From contig OX597836.1 in assembly GCA_951406725.2 (NCBI GenBank), positions 15,376,001 to 15,440,000 of the forward strand: a DNA stretch of 64,000 bases, given 5' to 3'. How positions within the stretch are numbered: position 1 is the stretch's first letter; the number at the start of each line of letters is the position of its first letter. Origin of the DNA: Octopus vulgaris (Eukaryota). Below the pieces are notes generated by a model. That model saw nothing but the letters and a program-made list of their open reading frames with translations. It had not been told where the DNA came from and ran no database searches. The translations under genes were made by a program, and so were the position numbers. Below are positions 27,813 through 41,349 of this stretch, in pieces.

Positions 27813-28849
27813 GGATAATCAATGAAGATCAAATATTTATTTAATAACAATTATTTTATATATATATTTTTAATCGACAGAAAAGTAACGAAACTCTCGG
27901 CTCCAGAGTCACTTTTGTAACTTTTGCCGATTAAAAAATTATGGGTTATAAAAAGTACATACACACACACACACATACACACACATACTCCTCCTTCCCC
28001 CCCACCACACCACCACTCTCTCTAAGTCTCTCTTGAATGTCCGTTCATGGTTTCCACGTAAGTTATGGCGGCGTTGTCAAGGAAGCTAAGGTCACGAGAG
28101 ATAGGATTTTTTCCAAAGCTTTATTTTCGTTTCTCTGTTATTACTTATTAATTTTACTCGCGTCTCTTGTCTTTGTTGGATAAAGAAATCAAACTTCAGA
28201 TACAAACGGCAGTGAAACCGTTTGTTCGGAAATTAAAACAACACTAACATATTTTTTTAATAATATATACACTATATATTATTATATGCACCCGTTACCA
28301 CTACAGATACCTACATATATACATCGATCTAAAGTAACAGGAATACCAAAGAAAGGCCGAAATTTAAAAGAAGAGAAAACCAAAAGGTCTCATGTTGTTC
28401 ATTTAAAAATTCCTGAGTGTAAAACTTTTTATCATTTTTGTTGATATTTCTTTGAAACTATTTTCAATGTTCAAAACTTATTTTCTTTGGTTTGTGTTAG
28501 AACTTTAAAAAAGTTTTAGAAATATGTTTTTTCTCTGTAAAAAATGCTCTCTTTCTTTCAGAAAACTGTATTATATTCTCTAGAAAGTATCTATTTACCT
28601 GTCTGTCTATCTTACCTATCTATCTTTTCTATAATATCTATCTAAAAAGTTTCACATTGGAAGCGCGACTGTAAATATTTACCTAAACTCTCTCACACAC
28701 ACACGTAACTAGTTTGATAAGGGCTGACGCTCGAAACCCTCGGTCCTTGATTGACTCTGTTGCTTCTGCTAAATATTTTTTTAAATATACATATACTCAT
28801 ATTTTGAGTTCCATTTTTCCTCTTTGCATCAATCATACTTGTGTGTGTG

Positions 28850-28913
<64 letters not shown>

Positions 28914-29013
28914 GTATGTATGATGTATGTATATATGGATATAGTTTGTGTTTATTCAGTATATATATTATATATATGTATGTGTGTGTATTATATATAT
29001 GTATGTATGTATG

Positions 29014-29092
<79 letters not shown>

Positions 29093-29156
29093 ATATATAT
29101 GTATGTATGTATGTATGTTTGTATGTATTGTGTGTGTGTGTATGTATGTATGTCTG

Positions 29157-29224
<68 letters not shown>

Positions 29225-29714
29225 AAAAAAAAAAAAAAAAAAAATATGTATATATATATATTATATATGTATATATGGTGTGTGTGTATGTATATAATTC
29301 AGAATGGGGTGATTACAATCACCCTATTTTGAATTATATGGATGATGCCATACTAAATTCTGGTGCCTTTAACTTGAGTACCATATTCAACTGAATCTAA
29401 ACTTTACTGAACTTATATATATATATACAGCTGGCCAGATTGCCAGCTTCACCGATGACAAATGGGACCCTGCGCCATTAGAATCCATATTTGGGAGGGT
29501 CCATGTTAGTATCTAAGGGGCCCGTCCCCTTAAGTTTGAGAATTTTTTTATTCAATCCTGGAAGAATGCCGTTATGCATTTTGGCCCGGCCTGCTAACGA
29601 TTCTGCTACCCTACCGCCCGAAAAAGAATAAATATTGAAATTTTTATTTTATTTACTATCACCATCAGCTGGGTGTTTTTTCATTATTTCGTTATTATAT
29701 ATTTAAGGATTAAA

Positions 29715-30918
29715 TTAGGTAAACCTACACAATTTTTGACCCCACCTCCTATCCGCCAATTTTGTTTCATCGTAACTTCCAGAAAAAATTAATATTTTTC
29801 AATAGAATTTTTCGACAAATACGCTTCAGATGATGTATAGATCCCGAATATATCGGAATTTGCTGTGAGAAAGCTTTACCGTGGTTGGAGAGAGGAGTTT
29901 CGGAAAATTCTCGGAAAATTCACACGAGTCAGCTTTCTTTCCTCGTAACTTTCGGAAAAAAATGGCTATTTTGTCATGAAATGAAATTTTTTTTTTACAA
30001 ATGCTCTTCAGAGTTTGTAAATTACGATTATATTGAAAGTTAAGGTGGAAAAAAGTTTGGTGGGCTCGCACACATGACATATATCAACAAAACGAAACTT
30101 GAAATTTTAAAAAGAAATTGTGTTGTGTGTCAGTATGTATGTGGGCGTGTTCACCATTTTTCTTTTCACATCAAATTCCGACATTAACATGCCCTGAGAG
30201 GCTTTTATTTTTCGGATCTTTTCGGTTTGAACGGCAGTTTTTAAAAATAATTTCCACGTAACTAAACACTTTTAAACTTCGTATACTGGTAGAATGTGTT
30301 TATAAAACATCTTTTTCTCTTGGCTTTATTGAGAAAATTCTATAGTTTGTAAGATATTTGTTGTTGTTTTTTTTTTTTTTTTCAATTTCTGCAATTTCAA
30401 CCAATCACTGACGTCTATTGAGGTAAAAAAAAACATTCTGTGCCGTATGAATATGTCCCTCGTTTAAGAAACAGATTGGGTTTATTTACATTTCTGAAGA
30501 AAAAAAAAGATACCCTTCCCCCCACCCCTAACCCTAACCCTAAAACAGATTGAAATGCAATAGATCGATACTAGGGTCATAATTATGGGTAACAATTTCA
30601 TATGACACTGCTAGAAAAAACTGCCGTTCAAACCGAAAAGATCCTTTTTTTGCTTTTAGAAAATCTCATTAAAAAGTACCCATTTTCCTGAAGGCTATGA
30701 GGAAACAAACCCGACTCGCGTCAGTTTTTCTAAAGCTAGTCTTCTCGTCCCTCTCCACAGAAAAATGTTTTCACAATAAATTCCGGCATAATTGGAATCT
30801 ACACCATCTGTAGCGTATTCGTATAAAATTTTATACTAAAAATCTCCATTTTCTGGTAGCTTTGAGGAATCAAAGTCGGTGTGAGAGTGGGGCGGACACT
30901 TTTGTAGGTATGCCTTAA
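29715..30918. mobile_element. Old non-autonomous DNA transposon hosting the MITE (possibly Kolobok-like, TTAA-flanked)
   Basis: imperfect TIR ggtaaacctac.. / ..gtaggtatgcc-ttaa. Confidence 0.35.
30214..30644. mobile_element. MITE with 29-bp TIRs and internal (CCCTAA)n; partial second copy at 60428-60737
   Basis: ggatcttttcggtttgaacggcagttttt ... aaaaactgccgttcaaaccgaaaagatcc. Confidence 0.85.
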
Positions 30919-30932
30919 GTTTTATGGTATGA

Positions 30933-31537
30933 CTATCAGTATCGCCCGGCGTTGCTCGGATTTGTAAGGGAAATAACTATATAAACATTTTTAGAGAGTT
31001 ATAGCCAAAAAATTGCAAAAAGATGCATTAAAAATGGGAAAAAAATTATGGTAAATTTATTTTTAAATCGTTGACTCATCGTAGACATTTTTAGAGAGTT
31101 ACTTCCCTTATATAATAGCGAAAAAATGCATTAAAATGGAAAAAAATGATGGTAAATTTTTTTTTAAATCGTTGACTCATCGTAGACATTTTTAGAGAGT
31201 TACTTCCCTTATGTAATAGCGAAAAAAATGCATTAAAATGGAAAAAAATGATGGTAAATTTTTTTTAAATCGTTGACTCATCGTAGACATTTTTAGAGAG
31301 TTACTTCCCTTATATAATAGCGAAAAAATGCATTAAAATGAAAAAAATGATGGTAAATTTTTTTTTTTAAATCGTAGACTCATCGTAGACGCGCGCTAAT
31401 ACCCAGAAGGGCTCGATATGAATCACGACTATAAGATACCCAGTTTTGGTTAAACTGCACCGCAAAATGTGGGAGTAGTTAGGAATCTAAATCGTAGGAG
31501 ACAGACAGCACACAACCTCTCTTTTATATATAAAGAT
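30933..31537 (-). mobile_element. Non-autonomous Helitron with internal ~100-bp tandem repeat (x3)
   Basis: minus strand starts A|TCTTTATATATAAAAG and ends with hairpin ccgagcaacgccgggcg + CTAG-like end; relatives at 34327-34898(+) and 60946-61298(-); another 5' end at ~46266(-). Confidence 0.8.
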
Positions 31538-31959
31538 TTCGTTTCTTGCTCCCGATCCGTGGAAAAATTGTCATGCATGAAACCGGTCCAAGGTTGGGAT
31601 CGGCTGCTTTGGAGGGTCGATACAAATAAGTTACCAGTCACGTTTTGGAGCGGATGTAATCGACCCCGCTTAAAATTTTTGGCTTTGTGCCTTGATCAGA
31701 AACTATTTGTATTGTTGAATATTTCTCTGATCTTGTTTGAAGTTTAAAAAGCCAAACGTAAACTAGGAATGTTTTAAAAAATTTTTTTTTTTTGCATTAT
31801 GCCTTCCGATTTCATATCGATAATCAATAACATCAATCAGAATTATGTGGAAATACATTTTTTGTTTTAATGTTGTGTAATGATCATAAGATATACGTGT
31901 GTGTGTGTGTGTGTGTGTGTGTGAACGTGTGTATCTCTTTCTTTCTTTCTTTCATTCAT

Positions 31960-32056
<97 letters not shown>

Positions 32057-32418
32057 TTACTTAAATATATTCAATGAGAATATCATATACTGAATTTATA
32101 TTGAGTGGTCTATTGTATCAAAGTATTAATACTATTAAAGTATTTATGTATTTAATACGAGCGATTATATATATTTTATATAATATATTATTATTAATAT
32201 CAAGAAATCAATATTAGAAAATTCTTCAGAAAGATATATACGTGTGTAAAATAATTGTTGTATTAAAAATATAAATATGTATAAATATATATATATCTTT
32301 ACATATATATTTATATATATTTATATTTTTAATACAATAATTATTTTACACACGTATATATCTTTCTGAAGAATTTTCTAATATTGATTTCCTGTTATTA
32401 ATAATAATATATCATAAA

Positions 32419-32466
<48 letters not shown>

Positions 32467-32888
32467 CTCTTTTTACTCTTTTACTTGTTTCAGTCATTTG
32501 ACTGCGGCCATGCTGGAGCACCGCCTTTAGTCGAGCAAATCGACCCCGAGACTTATTCTTTGTAAGCCCAGTACTTATTCTATCGGTCTCTTTTGCCGAA
32601 CCGCTAAGTGACGGGGACGTAAACACACCGGCATCGGTTGTCAAGCAATGCTAGGGGGACAAACACAGACACACACACATACACACACATACATATATAT
32701 ACATATACATATATACGACAAGCTTCTTTCAGTTTCCGTCTACCAAATCCACTCACAAGGTATTGGTCGGTCCCGGGCTATAGCAGAAGACACTTGCCCA
32801 AGATGCCACGCAGTGGGACTGAACTCGGAACCATGTGGTTGGTTAGCAAGCTACTTACCACACAGCCACTCCTGCGCCTATCTAAACA

Positions 32889-33200
32889 TACCGTAAATCC
32901 TCGAGTATAATCCGCATTTTCCCCCCAAAATTTAATGGTCAAAATCCCTAGTGCGTACTATATACGAGGTTAAAAATGAAAAATATTTTCTAAGCAATGT
33001 CCGAGTTTCCATTTGCTGTTCGGCAATGTTTATTCAGACGCATTTTGTGATGTCGGGCGCGAAAATTCCTTAGGCTAAGCCTGAAAGCAATGAAGTCATA
33101 AAAGAATCATCCATAACTTGCAGTAAGCAATATTCTATTATAGGGATAGCACTTATGCGAAACGATCGTAAGTTGCTTTAAAAACTTAATTCAAAACTTT
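32889..33200. mobile_element. pogo/Tc2-like MITE end (taccgtaaatcctcgagtataa); second copy at ~45500 split by CR1
   Basis: TA + CCGTA terminal motif repeated twice in window. Confidence 0.5.
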
Positions 33201-33369
33201 TAAACTGTCATATATATTATATATTTATACTTATACATATTTACATATATTTATATATGTAAATATAAATATATGGATATTTATATTTTTAATACAACAA
33301 TTATTTTACACACGTATATATATTTTGAAGAATTTTCTAATATTGATTTCCTGATATTAATAATAATAT

Positions 33370-33402
<33 letters not shown>

Positions 33403-33468
33403 ATAATATAATCGCTCGTATTAAATACATAAATACTTTGATACAATAGAGCACTCAATATAAATTCA

Positions 33469-33523
<55 letters not shown>

Positions 33524-33629
33524 ACCTGCTCGCTTAGCCAGCGGGGTGGCGTCATTTAAAGACTAAAACAATGCGAAGCGCATTGTGACCAGCGATGTGT
33601 AGCAACATTTTATAGCCTGGTCGGTCACG

Positions 33630-33767
<138 letters not shown>

Positions 33768-34326
33768 GTGTGGAGGTGCGTGGCTTAGTGGTTAGGGTGT
33801 CAGCAGAATGATCGTAAGATTGTGGTTTCGATTCCTGGGTTGTATTCTTGAGCAAAACACTTCATTTCGCGTTGCTCCAGTCCAGCTGGGGAACACATAC
33901 GCCATTGAAACCAGGAAACCGGGCCCACGAGCTTGGCTAGGCTTTAAAAGGGTGACATTTATTTATATTATATAATATATATACTGGATGGATGGGTGGA
34001 TGTGCGCATCGCAGTTAGTCCGTGTTCTGTTTGTGTGTGTGTGTACACAACCGCGCGCGCGCAATTTTTCTTACATAATCTGTCGAGTGTTTTTGTTAGC
34101 GCTGTGCCAAGAAAAGTTCAAAAGGAAATAGATTCCTGTACATGTCGACATGAAGGGAGAATTTAACGACAACCAGTAATAATGTTTTTGTAATTAATGA
34201 GATACGTCTGCTTAATCCTACCCGACAGATCAGTCACTCGAAGCTTCAATTAACATCTTGTATAATACAGAAGCAATGCTGTTGTCATTGCGTGACCCTG
34301 GGTCAATCTTGATTGAGTAATGCTAT

Positions 34327-34898
34327 CTATATATAAAGCTGAAGTTGTCTGTGTATGGCAGGTTTGGTAGCCTTCAACTAACACTATCTCCTCTGAAACC
34401 CTGCGGCACAAGTTGACCAAAATTGAGAGTATGATAGAAGAAGGCTTGCTCTTCCATCTGTAGAAGAAAAAATTCAAATCGGACCATGTTAACACCAAAA
34501 ATTATTTGCATCAAAAAGGTGCTTTTTTTTCTATGAAAATCCCTATTTTTTTACGATTTTTTGACTGCTGGTGTGGCCATGGCAGAAAGGTTAGCGCGCT
34601 GGGCGAAATGCGTAGCCGTATTTCGTCTGTCGTTACGTTCTGAGTTCAAATTCCACCGAGGTCGACTTTGCCTTTCATCCTTTCGGGGTCGATCAATTAA
34701 GTACCAGTTACGCACTGGGGTCGATATCTGTCCTTGTTTGTCCCCTCTGTGTTTAGCCCCTTGTGGGTAGTAAAGAAATAATTATTCGGTGTATTTCAAG
34801 AGAAAAACAAGCTACATAATGCAAAATTTTTACTTTTCAAAAATTCCAATTCTAAAGGGTCGAAACAAACCCGAGCAACGCCGGGCGATTCTGCTAGT
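34327..34898 (+). mobile_element. Non-autonomous Helitron containing a nested family-3 SINE
   Basis: A|TCTATATATAAAGCTG ... cccgagcaacgccgggcgattctgCTAG|T. Confidence 0.85.
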
Positions 34899-35472
34899 GC
34901 TATCTATTATTGATGCCGTCCTTTTTTTAAAACTTGTGCCGACCATGGCACCAGCATTGTATCAACCTTAAACTTTTCTCTCCTAAAAAACTCTCTCATA
35001 AATAAATCGTATTTCTTGTTTATTTTTCGTAAGCGTAGTCTTTGAACATCACTGTTGTTGGCTGTAAAAATAATACACCTTATTTTGATTGTGTAAAATC
35101 GATACATTATTATGTTCAGCTTTGTTTTTCCTAGAAGATCAGTTTGATTTTGATAACAACGTTGTTCATATTCAATCGTACGTGTTGTCACAGGAAAACG
35201 AATGTCCATTAAAGATTGGTTTAAAGCCCTCGGATCTTGGGAAATTTCTTCCAATCGCTTGAAGTGTTTCTCGTCTTCACTGATAAATTTTTGAAGAAAT
35301 GTAGTCCTCATGTAGCTGATGATGAAAATCACATACTTAATTAACCCTTAGACTTATTCTTTGTAAGCCTGGTACTTATTCTATTGGTCTCTTTTGCCGA
35401 GCTGCTAGATTATGGGGCTGTAAACAAACCAAATCGGTTGTCAAGCAATGATGGGGAGACAAACAGTCACAA

Positions 35473-35539
<67 letters not shown>

Positions 35540-35540
<1 letters not shown>

Positions 35541-37482
35541 AAAAAGGTCAAGGTAGAAAATGCTTAAACAATTTTATAAAAAACATTTCAGTGCCGGTTT
35601 CAGTTATTGAGACTTTTTCAACTGTAAGGATGGAAGACAATTAAATTTAGAAAAATTAAAAGAAAAACTTTCTAAAAGAATATTCGTATAGTATTCAAAT
35701 ACAAGAGGCATTTTCCCTGTTTCTGCCTCTCTCTGTCTCTCTTGTTTACACTTGTGGGTTCGAGGTCGTTGTGAATTCTTGGCAGGGAAGAAGAACAACA
35801 ACAGCAACAACAACAATAATAATAATTAATAATAATAATAATAATAATTAATAGTAATAATAATAATAATAATTAATAATAATAATAATAATAATGCGAG
35901 AGGGCCATGATAGTAGTATATTAAATGGTCAAGTGCCCCGTTGTGGATTGTAGTAGTGATTGACTTCTTGAGACATCTCTTTTGAATGTTTTTATAAAAT
36001 TTGTGTAGGTGTTATTCTAAGCAGCAATAGTGGTAAAGTTAGGAAGGAGGTGGCGGAGAGGAAGAAGGAGAAAGAGTAAGGAGAATAAGAAGGAATGTAG
36101 GTAGTATGATAGTAGTAGGGTGGTAAATGGTCAAGTGACCTAAAAGTGAATGGTTATGGATTATAGCAGTGACTGGGACTGTTTTTTAATGAATTCTTGG
36201 GAATCTCTTGAGTGTATCATTTTTAATATTTACGTGTGTTTGTGTTATTCTAAGGCCGTGGTGGATATGTCGTTTGTTGTAGACATGTTTAAAAGGGGTC
36301 TGTATTTTGTAATAATGAGGGGAAAAATTCTGAAGCTTGGATTTTTGTTGTTGGCACAAATGTCGATGTGTTGGTTGAATGTTATTTTTCTGTTTTGGGG
36401 AATTTTGATCTTGGATCTGTGCAGAGCCATTCTTTTATGTAGACTGTTTTTTGTTTGGTCTATGTATTGCTCTTGACGCCTAGAGCAGGTTAGTGCATAT
36501 ATCAGGTTCTCTGAAGTACATGTGAAGTTGCTTTTCACTGTGAAACATCGTCCTTGTTTGAAGGAGAACTCTGATACCTCAATTAAATTGACGCATATCC
36601 CACAATTGGGTTCCCACAATTGGGTCTTCCACACTTTTTTACTGATGGCTTCTGTGTTGTTGTTGAGTGTATTCGGGCTTGTGTTAGGAGACTTTTCATA
36701 GATTTGGGTTGTTGCTTGCTTTTATGATGGTGTGTGTTTGGAGGATTAAATTCATCCTGTGGTCCTTTTTTAGTAGGGGAATGTTTTGAAAGATGGTGTT
36801 GAGAGCTTCATTGTTAAGTGGGTTGTGTGTGGACATGTATGGTAGGACTTTTGGTTGTAAATCCTTCTTTAATTTGAGATGTCTGAGTTCCTGGGTGTTG
36901 AGTTGAAGGGCACGTTGAAAGCATATATCAATTAGTGAAGGTGGGTAGTTTCTGGTGATGAGTGTATCCTTTAGTTCATGTAGTCGTGTGTCTCTGCTGT
37001 TTGCATTAGAAACTATAGTACATATCCTTTTTTGCTAGGTTGAAGGGGATATTCATTCTGGTGTGTCTGGGGTTGCATGAGTTGAACAGTAGATATTGCC
37101 TGGAGTCTGTAGGCTTATAGTATATATCTGTTTCTATTACATTGTTAGATTTCTTAATGAGGATGTCAAGGAAGGGAAGTTGTTGATGGTTATATTCCAT
37201 CATGAATTGAATGTTGACGTCAAGTCCATTTATAAGTGCTTGGAATTCTTTAAGTTTCTCTATATTTTCATGCCAAAGAATGAAACAGTCATCCAGGTAT
37301 TTCTTCCAGTTATTTTCTATGCAGAAGGAGAATGGGTTGCTGTATTTTTCTAGAACCTTACAATAAAGACTAATTTCTAGATATCCCATGACTAGGTTAA
37401 CAAAGGAGGGGGGGCATTCTCGTACCCATCGCAGTCCCTGATTTTTATCGATAGAAGTTGTCTTTGAAGACAAAGTAGTTAT
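35540..37482 (-). mobile_element. 5'-truncated, frameshifted Penelope-like element (RT, Cys linker, C-terminal GIY-YIG; Neptune-like)
   Basis: FVNLVMGYLE...WKKYLDDCFILW...LPFLDILI...DIYYKPTDSRQYL; PNCGIC...FTCTSENLIYALTC...QYIDQT...LHKRMALHRS; degenerate hammerhead-like motif at the 3' end (~35590-35625). Confidence 0.9.
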
Positions 37483-37717
37483 TATACATATTATACATAT
37501 ACATATATTTATACATACATACATATATACATACATACATCATCATCATCATTTAATGTCCAATTTCCATGCTGGGCATGGGTTGAAAAGCTTCACTAGA
37601 ACTGGTAAGCTGGAGGGCTGCACCAGGTTCCAGTCTGATTTGGCATGGTTTCTGCAACTGGATGCCCTTCCTAATGCCAACTATGATTTCATATGCTAGT
37701 TACATACCACGACTACT

Positions 37718-37761
<44 letters not shown>

Positions 37762-38086
37762 AGTAATAATAAAGGGTAAAATTAATTAATTAATTAATAA
37801 TTAATAATTTTACCAAGTAGTTTGGTATGTTAAAAGAACCAATATCGGTAGACTTATACAAAAATTCTATAATTATGAGTATAATTATAATTAGGGTTCA
37901 GAGCCAGGTAGATTCGTTACTTTTTTCTCTTTACCTGCGTGAGATGTTTAGTATTGCTGTCTAGGAGATTTTCTTATCATAGTGAAATAGTAGTTTATCT
38001 GCTATTTCTAAATTTCAGTATGTGGTGAAGCAAATTTTTGCTGAACCCTAATTATAATTATACTCATAATTATAGAATTTTTTTTT

Positions 38087-38122
<36 letters not shown>

Positions 38123-38657
38123 AAAAGGGTGAAATATAATTAATTTAATAAAAATTAATAAATTTCACCTAGTAGTTTTATCGGTATGTTTCACCTAGGT
38201 GAAATTTATTAATTTTATGGTCTTTTCCTTACCAAATATATATATATATATATAAGGGCAAAAAGAAAAAAATTCTCTGTGCCAATATGCTGAAAAATAG
38301 ACAATGTGGTTAGATGATTTAGCGTCTGTTTTTCAGCATATTGGCAAAGAAAACTTTTTCTTTTTGCTCTTATTTATAATTGTATTCATAATTTTCACTT
38401 TAAAAGGTATTTTTCATATGCTAGCTACTTATAAAATCTTATCCTTATATTAGAAGTATATATATATATATATATATTAGAATTATAATGTAATATAGGC
38501 GTAGGATTGGCTGTGTGGTATGTAGCTTGCTTACGAACTACATGGTTCTGGGCTCAGTCCCACTGCGTGGCACCTTGTGCAAGTGTTTTCTGCTATAGGC
38601 TCAGGCCGACCAAAGCCTTGTGAGTGGATGTGGTAGGTGGAAACTGAAAGAAGCCTG

Positions 38658-38701
<44 letters not shown>

Positions 38702-39682
38702 ATATATGTTTGTGTGTCTGTGTTTGTCCCCCCAACATTGCTTGACAACCGATGCTGGTGTGTTTACGTCCCCGTAACTTAGCGGTTCGGCAAAAGAGAC
38801 TGATAGTCTTTGGAAGCCTAGTACTTATTCTAAGTCCTGGGGTTGATTTGCTCGACTAAAGGCGGTACTCAAGCATGGCCACAGTCAAATGACTGAAACA
38901 AGTAAAAGAGTAAAGAGTTAGAGTATATATATATATATATTTACAAATAAGAAAATGGAGAAACACATTAGTTGGTTTATCAGCTTTAGGATATTAGAAT
39001 GTTGCCTTATTCAATTATCAAAACTACAACCATAATAACATACATATATACAGTATAAAATTCAATATATTTAAGATAAGAATACAAGTAGTTATTAAAA
39101 AACATTAATATAAATTGTTAGTTTCCATCAACCAGACCCCTTCACCAGATATTGGGCAGTCAGGAACTATGGTAGAAGACACTTTCTCAAGGTTCCACAC
39201 AGTGACACTGATCTCAGAACAACCACGTAGTCCAGAAAATAAACCATATAATAACCATACAGCCACCACCAGTGCATCTATCATCATCATCATCGTTTAA
39301 CGTCCGTTCTCCATGCTAGCATGGGTTGGACGGTTCGACCGGGGATCTGGGAAGCCAGAAGGCTGCACCAGGCTCCAGTCTTATCTGGCAATGTTTCTAC
39401 AGCTGGATGCCCTTCCTAACGCCAACCACTCCATGAGTGTAGTGGGTGCTTTTTACATGCCACCTGCACAGGTGCCAGGCGAGGCTGGCAACGGCCACGG
39501 TCGGATTGGTGTATTTTACGTGCCACCAGACCAGGGATCCTGGCTGGTTCAATTCGATTTCGATTTCTATAATTCTATAAATCTATAATTGAGTACTATA
39601 ATTCTATAAATCTATAATTCCTTAATGACATTATGTTTACAGGTCGTCATTGAGTATATGGCTAGCCCCAGTTAAACTGTCA

Positions 39683-39842
39683 ATGATGCCTGTCTACCTG
39701 ACCATGTCTATTGAAAAAGCTACAGGTAATGAGTGCTTTGATATTGTAATGAATGGTGTGACTGCTGAAAATTACAAAGAAAGAGAAAAGCAAAACAAAA
39801 GAGCTGTTTCAGCAAATATTGCTGGAACCCGTTTTAAATTAG
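39683..39842 (+). CDS. TTLL7: TTLL7-like tubulin polyglutamylase, first confident coding exon (exon begins 39643; true start may be upstream)
   Basis: tttacag acceptor at 39642, gtgagt donor; ...REKQNKRAVSANIAGTRFKL matches TTLL7 ITANVAGTKFEI. Confidence 0.8.
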
Positions 39843-40045
39843 GTGAGTACTTTGAGGTTTCTCTCGCATTCCACCCTCACCCCGTAATCTCTCTCCTCCC
39901 CCCTCTCTCTCTCTCTTCTGCTTCTTATTTCTATCCTTTGTTCTACAGATGTTTATCTCCCTTAGTTTTTGTCTTTTCTGTTTATTTGGTGTGTTGTTTC
40001 TGTTTTTATGCTATTTTCATGTGTTTTTGATACTGTGTATGTTTT

Positions 40046-40152
40046 TAGTATCCCATGACTAGGTTAGCAAAGGAGGGGGCCATTTTCATACCCATTGCAG
40101 TCCCCGATTTTTGTCGATAGAAGTTGTCTTTGAAGACGAAGTAGTTATTATA
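40046..40152 (-). mobile_element. Penelope RT fragment
   Basis: NYFVFKDNFYRQKSGTAMGMKMAPSFANLVMGY. Confidence 0.88.
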
Positions 40153-40261
40153 AATATTATACATATACATATATTTATACATACATACATACATACATAC
40201 ACACATACATACACACATACATACATACATACATATATACATACATACATACATACATACA

Positions 40262-40295
<34 letters not shown>

Positions 40296-40891
40296 CATAC
40301 ATACATCATCATCATCATTTAATGTCCACTTTCCATGCTGGGTATGGGTTGGACAGCTTGACTTTCTATTTATTTGAATTTATTTTTGTTTATTTGGTGC
40401 TATTTAAGCATTTAATAAGTGAAAAACGACCATGTGCGTAAGCAGCTTGGTAATAGCTTGGCTTGTTACTATGGAAACAGGCACCGGTATGTCTGTGGCT
40501 TTTGAATGGCTAAAATTACCCAAAATTTGCAACTTTCAAAAGCTATTAACTCTTTTTATATTTATTCATTTATGGTGAAAATGAATTTCATGTCAATGAC
40601 TGCCATACACAACTACTCCAATACACCAAAATATGAAATCAATTGGAACAAAAATTGAAGAAATTGAAAAGTGGCAGCCAAACAGACAAGATTCATCTCA
40701 CCCATACACATATTTACATAAACAACAAGCTTCTTTTAGTCAGTCTACCAAATTTACTCTCAAGGCTTTGGTTAGCCAAGGACAATAGTAGAAGGCACTC
40801 GCCCAAGGTAACACGCTGTGGGACTGAACCCACATGCTTTAAGTATGCATACAGATCACTAATTTTATAATTACGTTTTGTTTCTTTCTAG

Positions 40892-40949
40892 TGAAGAAAG
40901 TTTTGGATAACCTGAACTTCTCCATCAGTGAGGATGACGATTTTACCAG
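40892..40949 (+). CDS. TTLL7: TTLL7-like exon
   Basis: ttctag / gtaaga; VKKVLDNLNFSISEDDDFT; phase 1-2. Confidence 0.88.
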
Positions 40950-41217
40950 GTAAGACAAACTATTTTTTTCACATCCTTTCTGCTTGACTGCAGGAAGGTA
41001 ATTGAGGTACACAGAGGTGTGGTGGTGGTGGTGGTGATGATGGTGGTGGTAGTGGTGGTCCAATGTTCTTGCTTTCATTTTCTTAAAAAATATTAGGGTA
41101 TGGTTTGGTTGCTATTTCTTGCATATCAACTGAACCACCTACAAAACACACACAATAGCAGTTGTGTGATGGTATCACAATAATGTTCGTTTCTTTTCTT
41201 TTTCTTTTTTTACAAAG

Positions 41218-41349
41218 TTACCTTATATGGAGTGATGCCTATGTGTCCAATGAGAAAGTTTCAGACTTACAGAACTACCAAAGAATCAACCATTTCCCAG
41301 GAATGATAAAAATAACCAGGAAGGATTACCTGGCACGCAACTTTGTCAA
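41218..41349 (+). CDS. TTLL7: TTLL7-like exon
   Basis: aag / gtaagt; SYLIWSDAYVSNEKVSDLQNYQRINHFPGMIKITRKDYLARNFVK (LQNYQRINHFPGM is TTLL7-type). Confidence 0.95.

Noticed and set aside
30525-30543. (CCCTAA)n telomere-like repeat
   Set aside because: Internal part of a MITE present twice; not a telomere relic.
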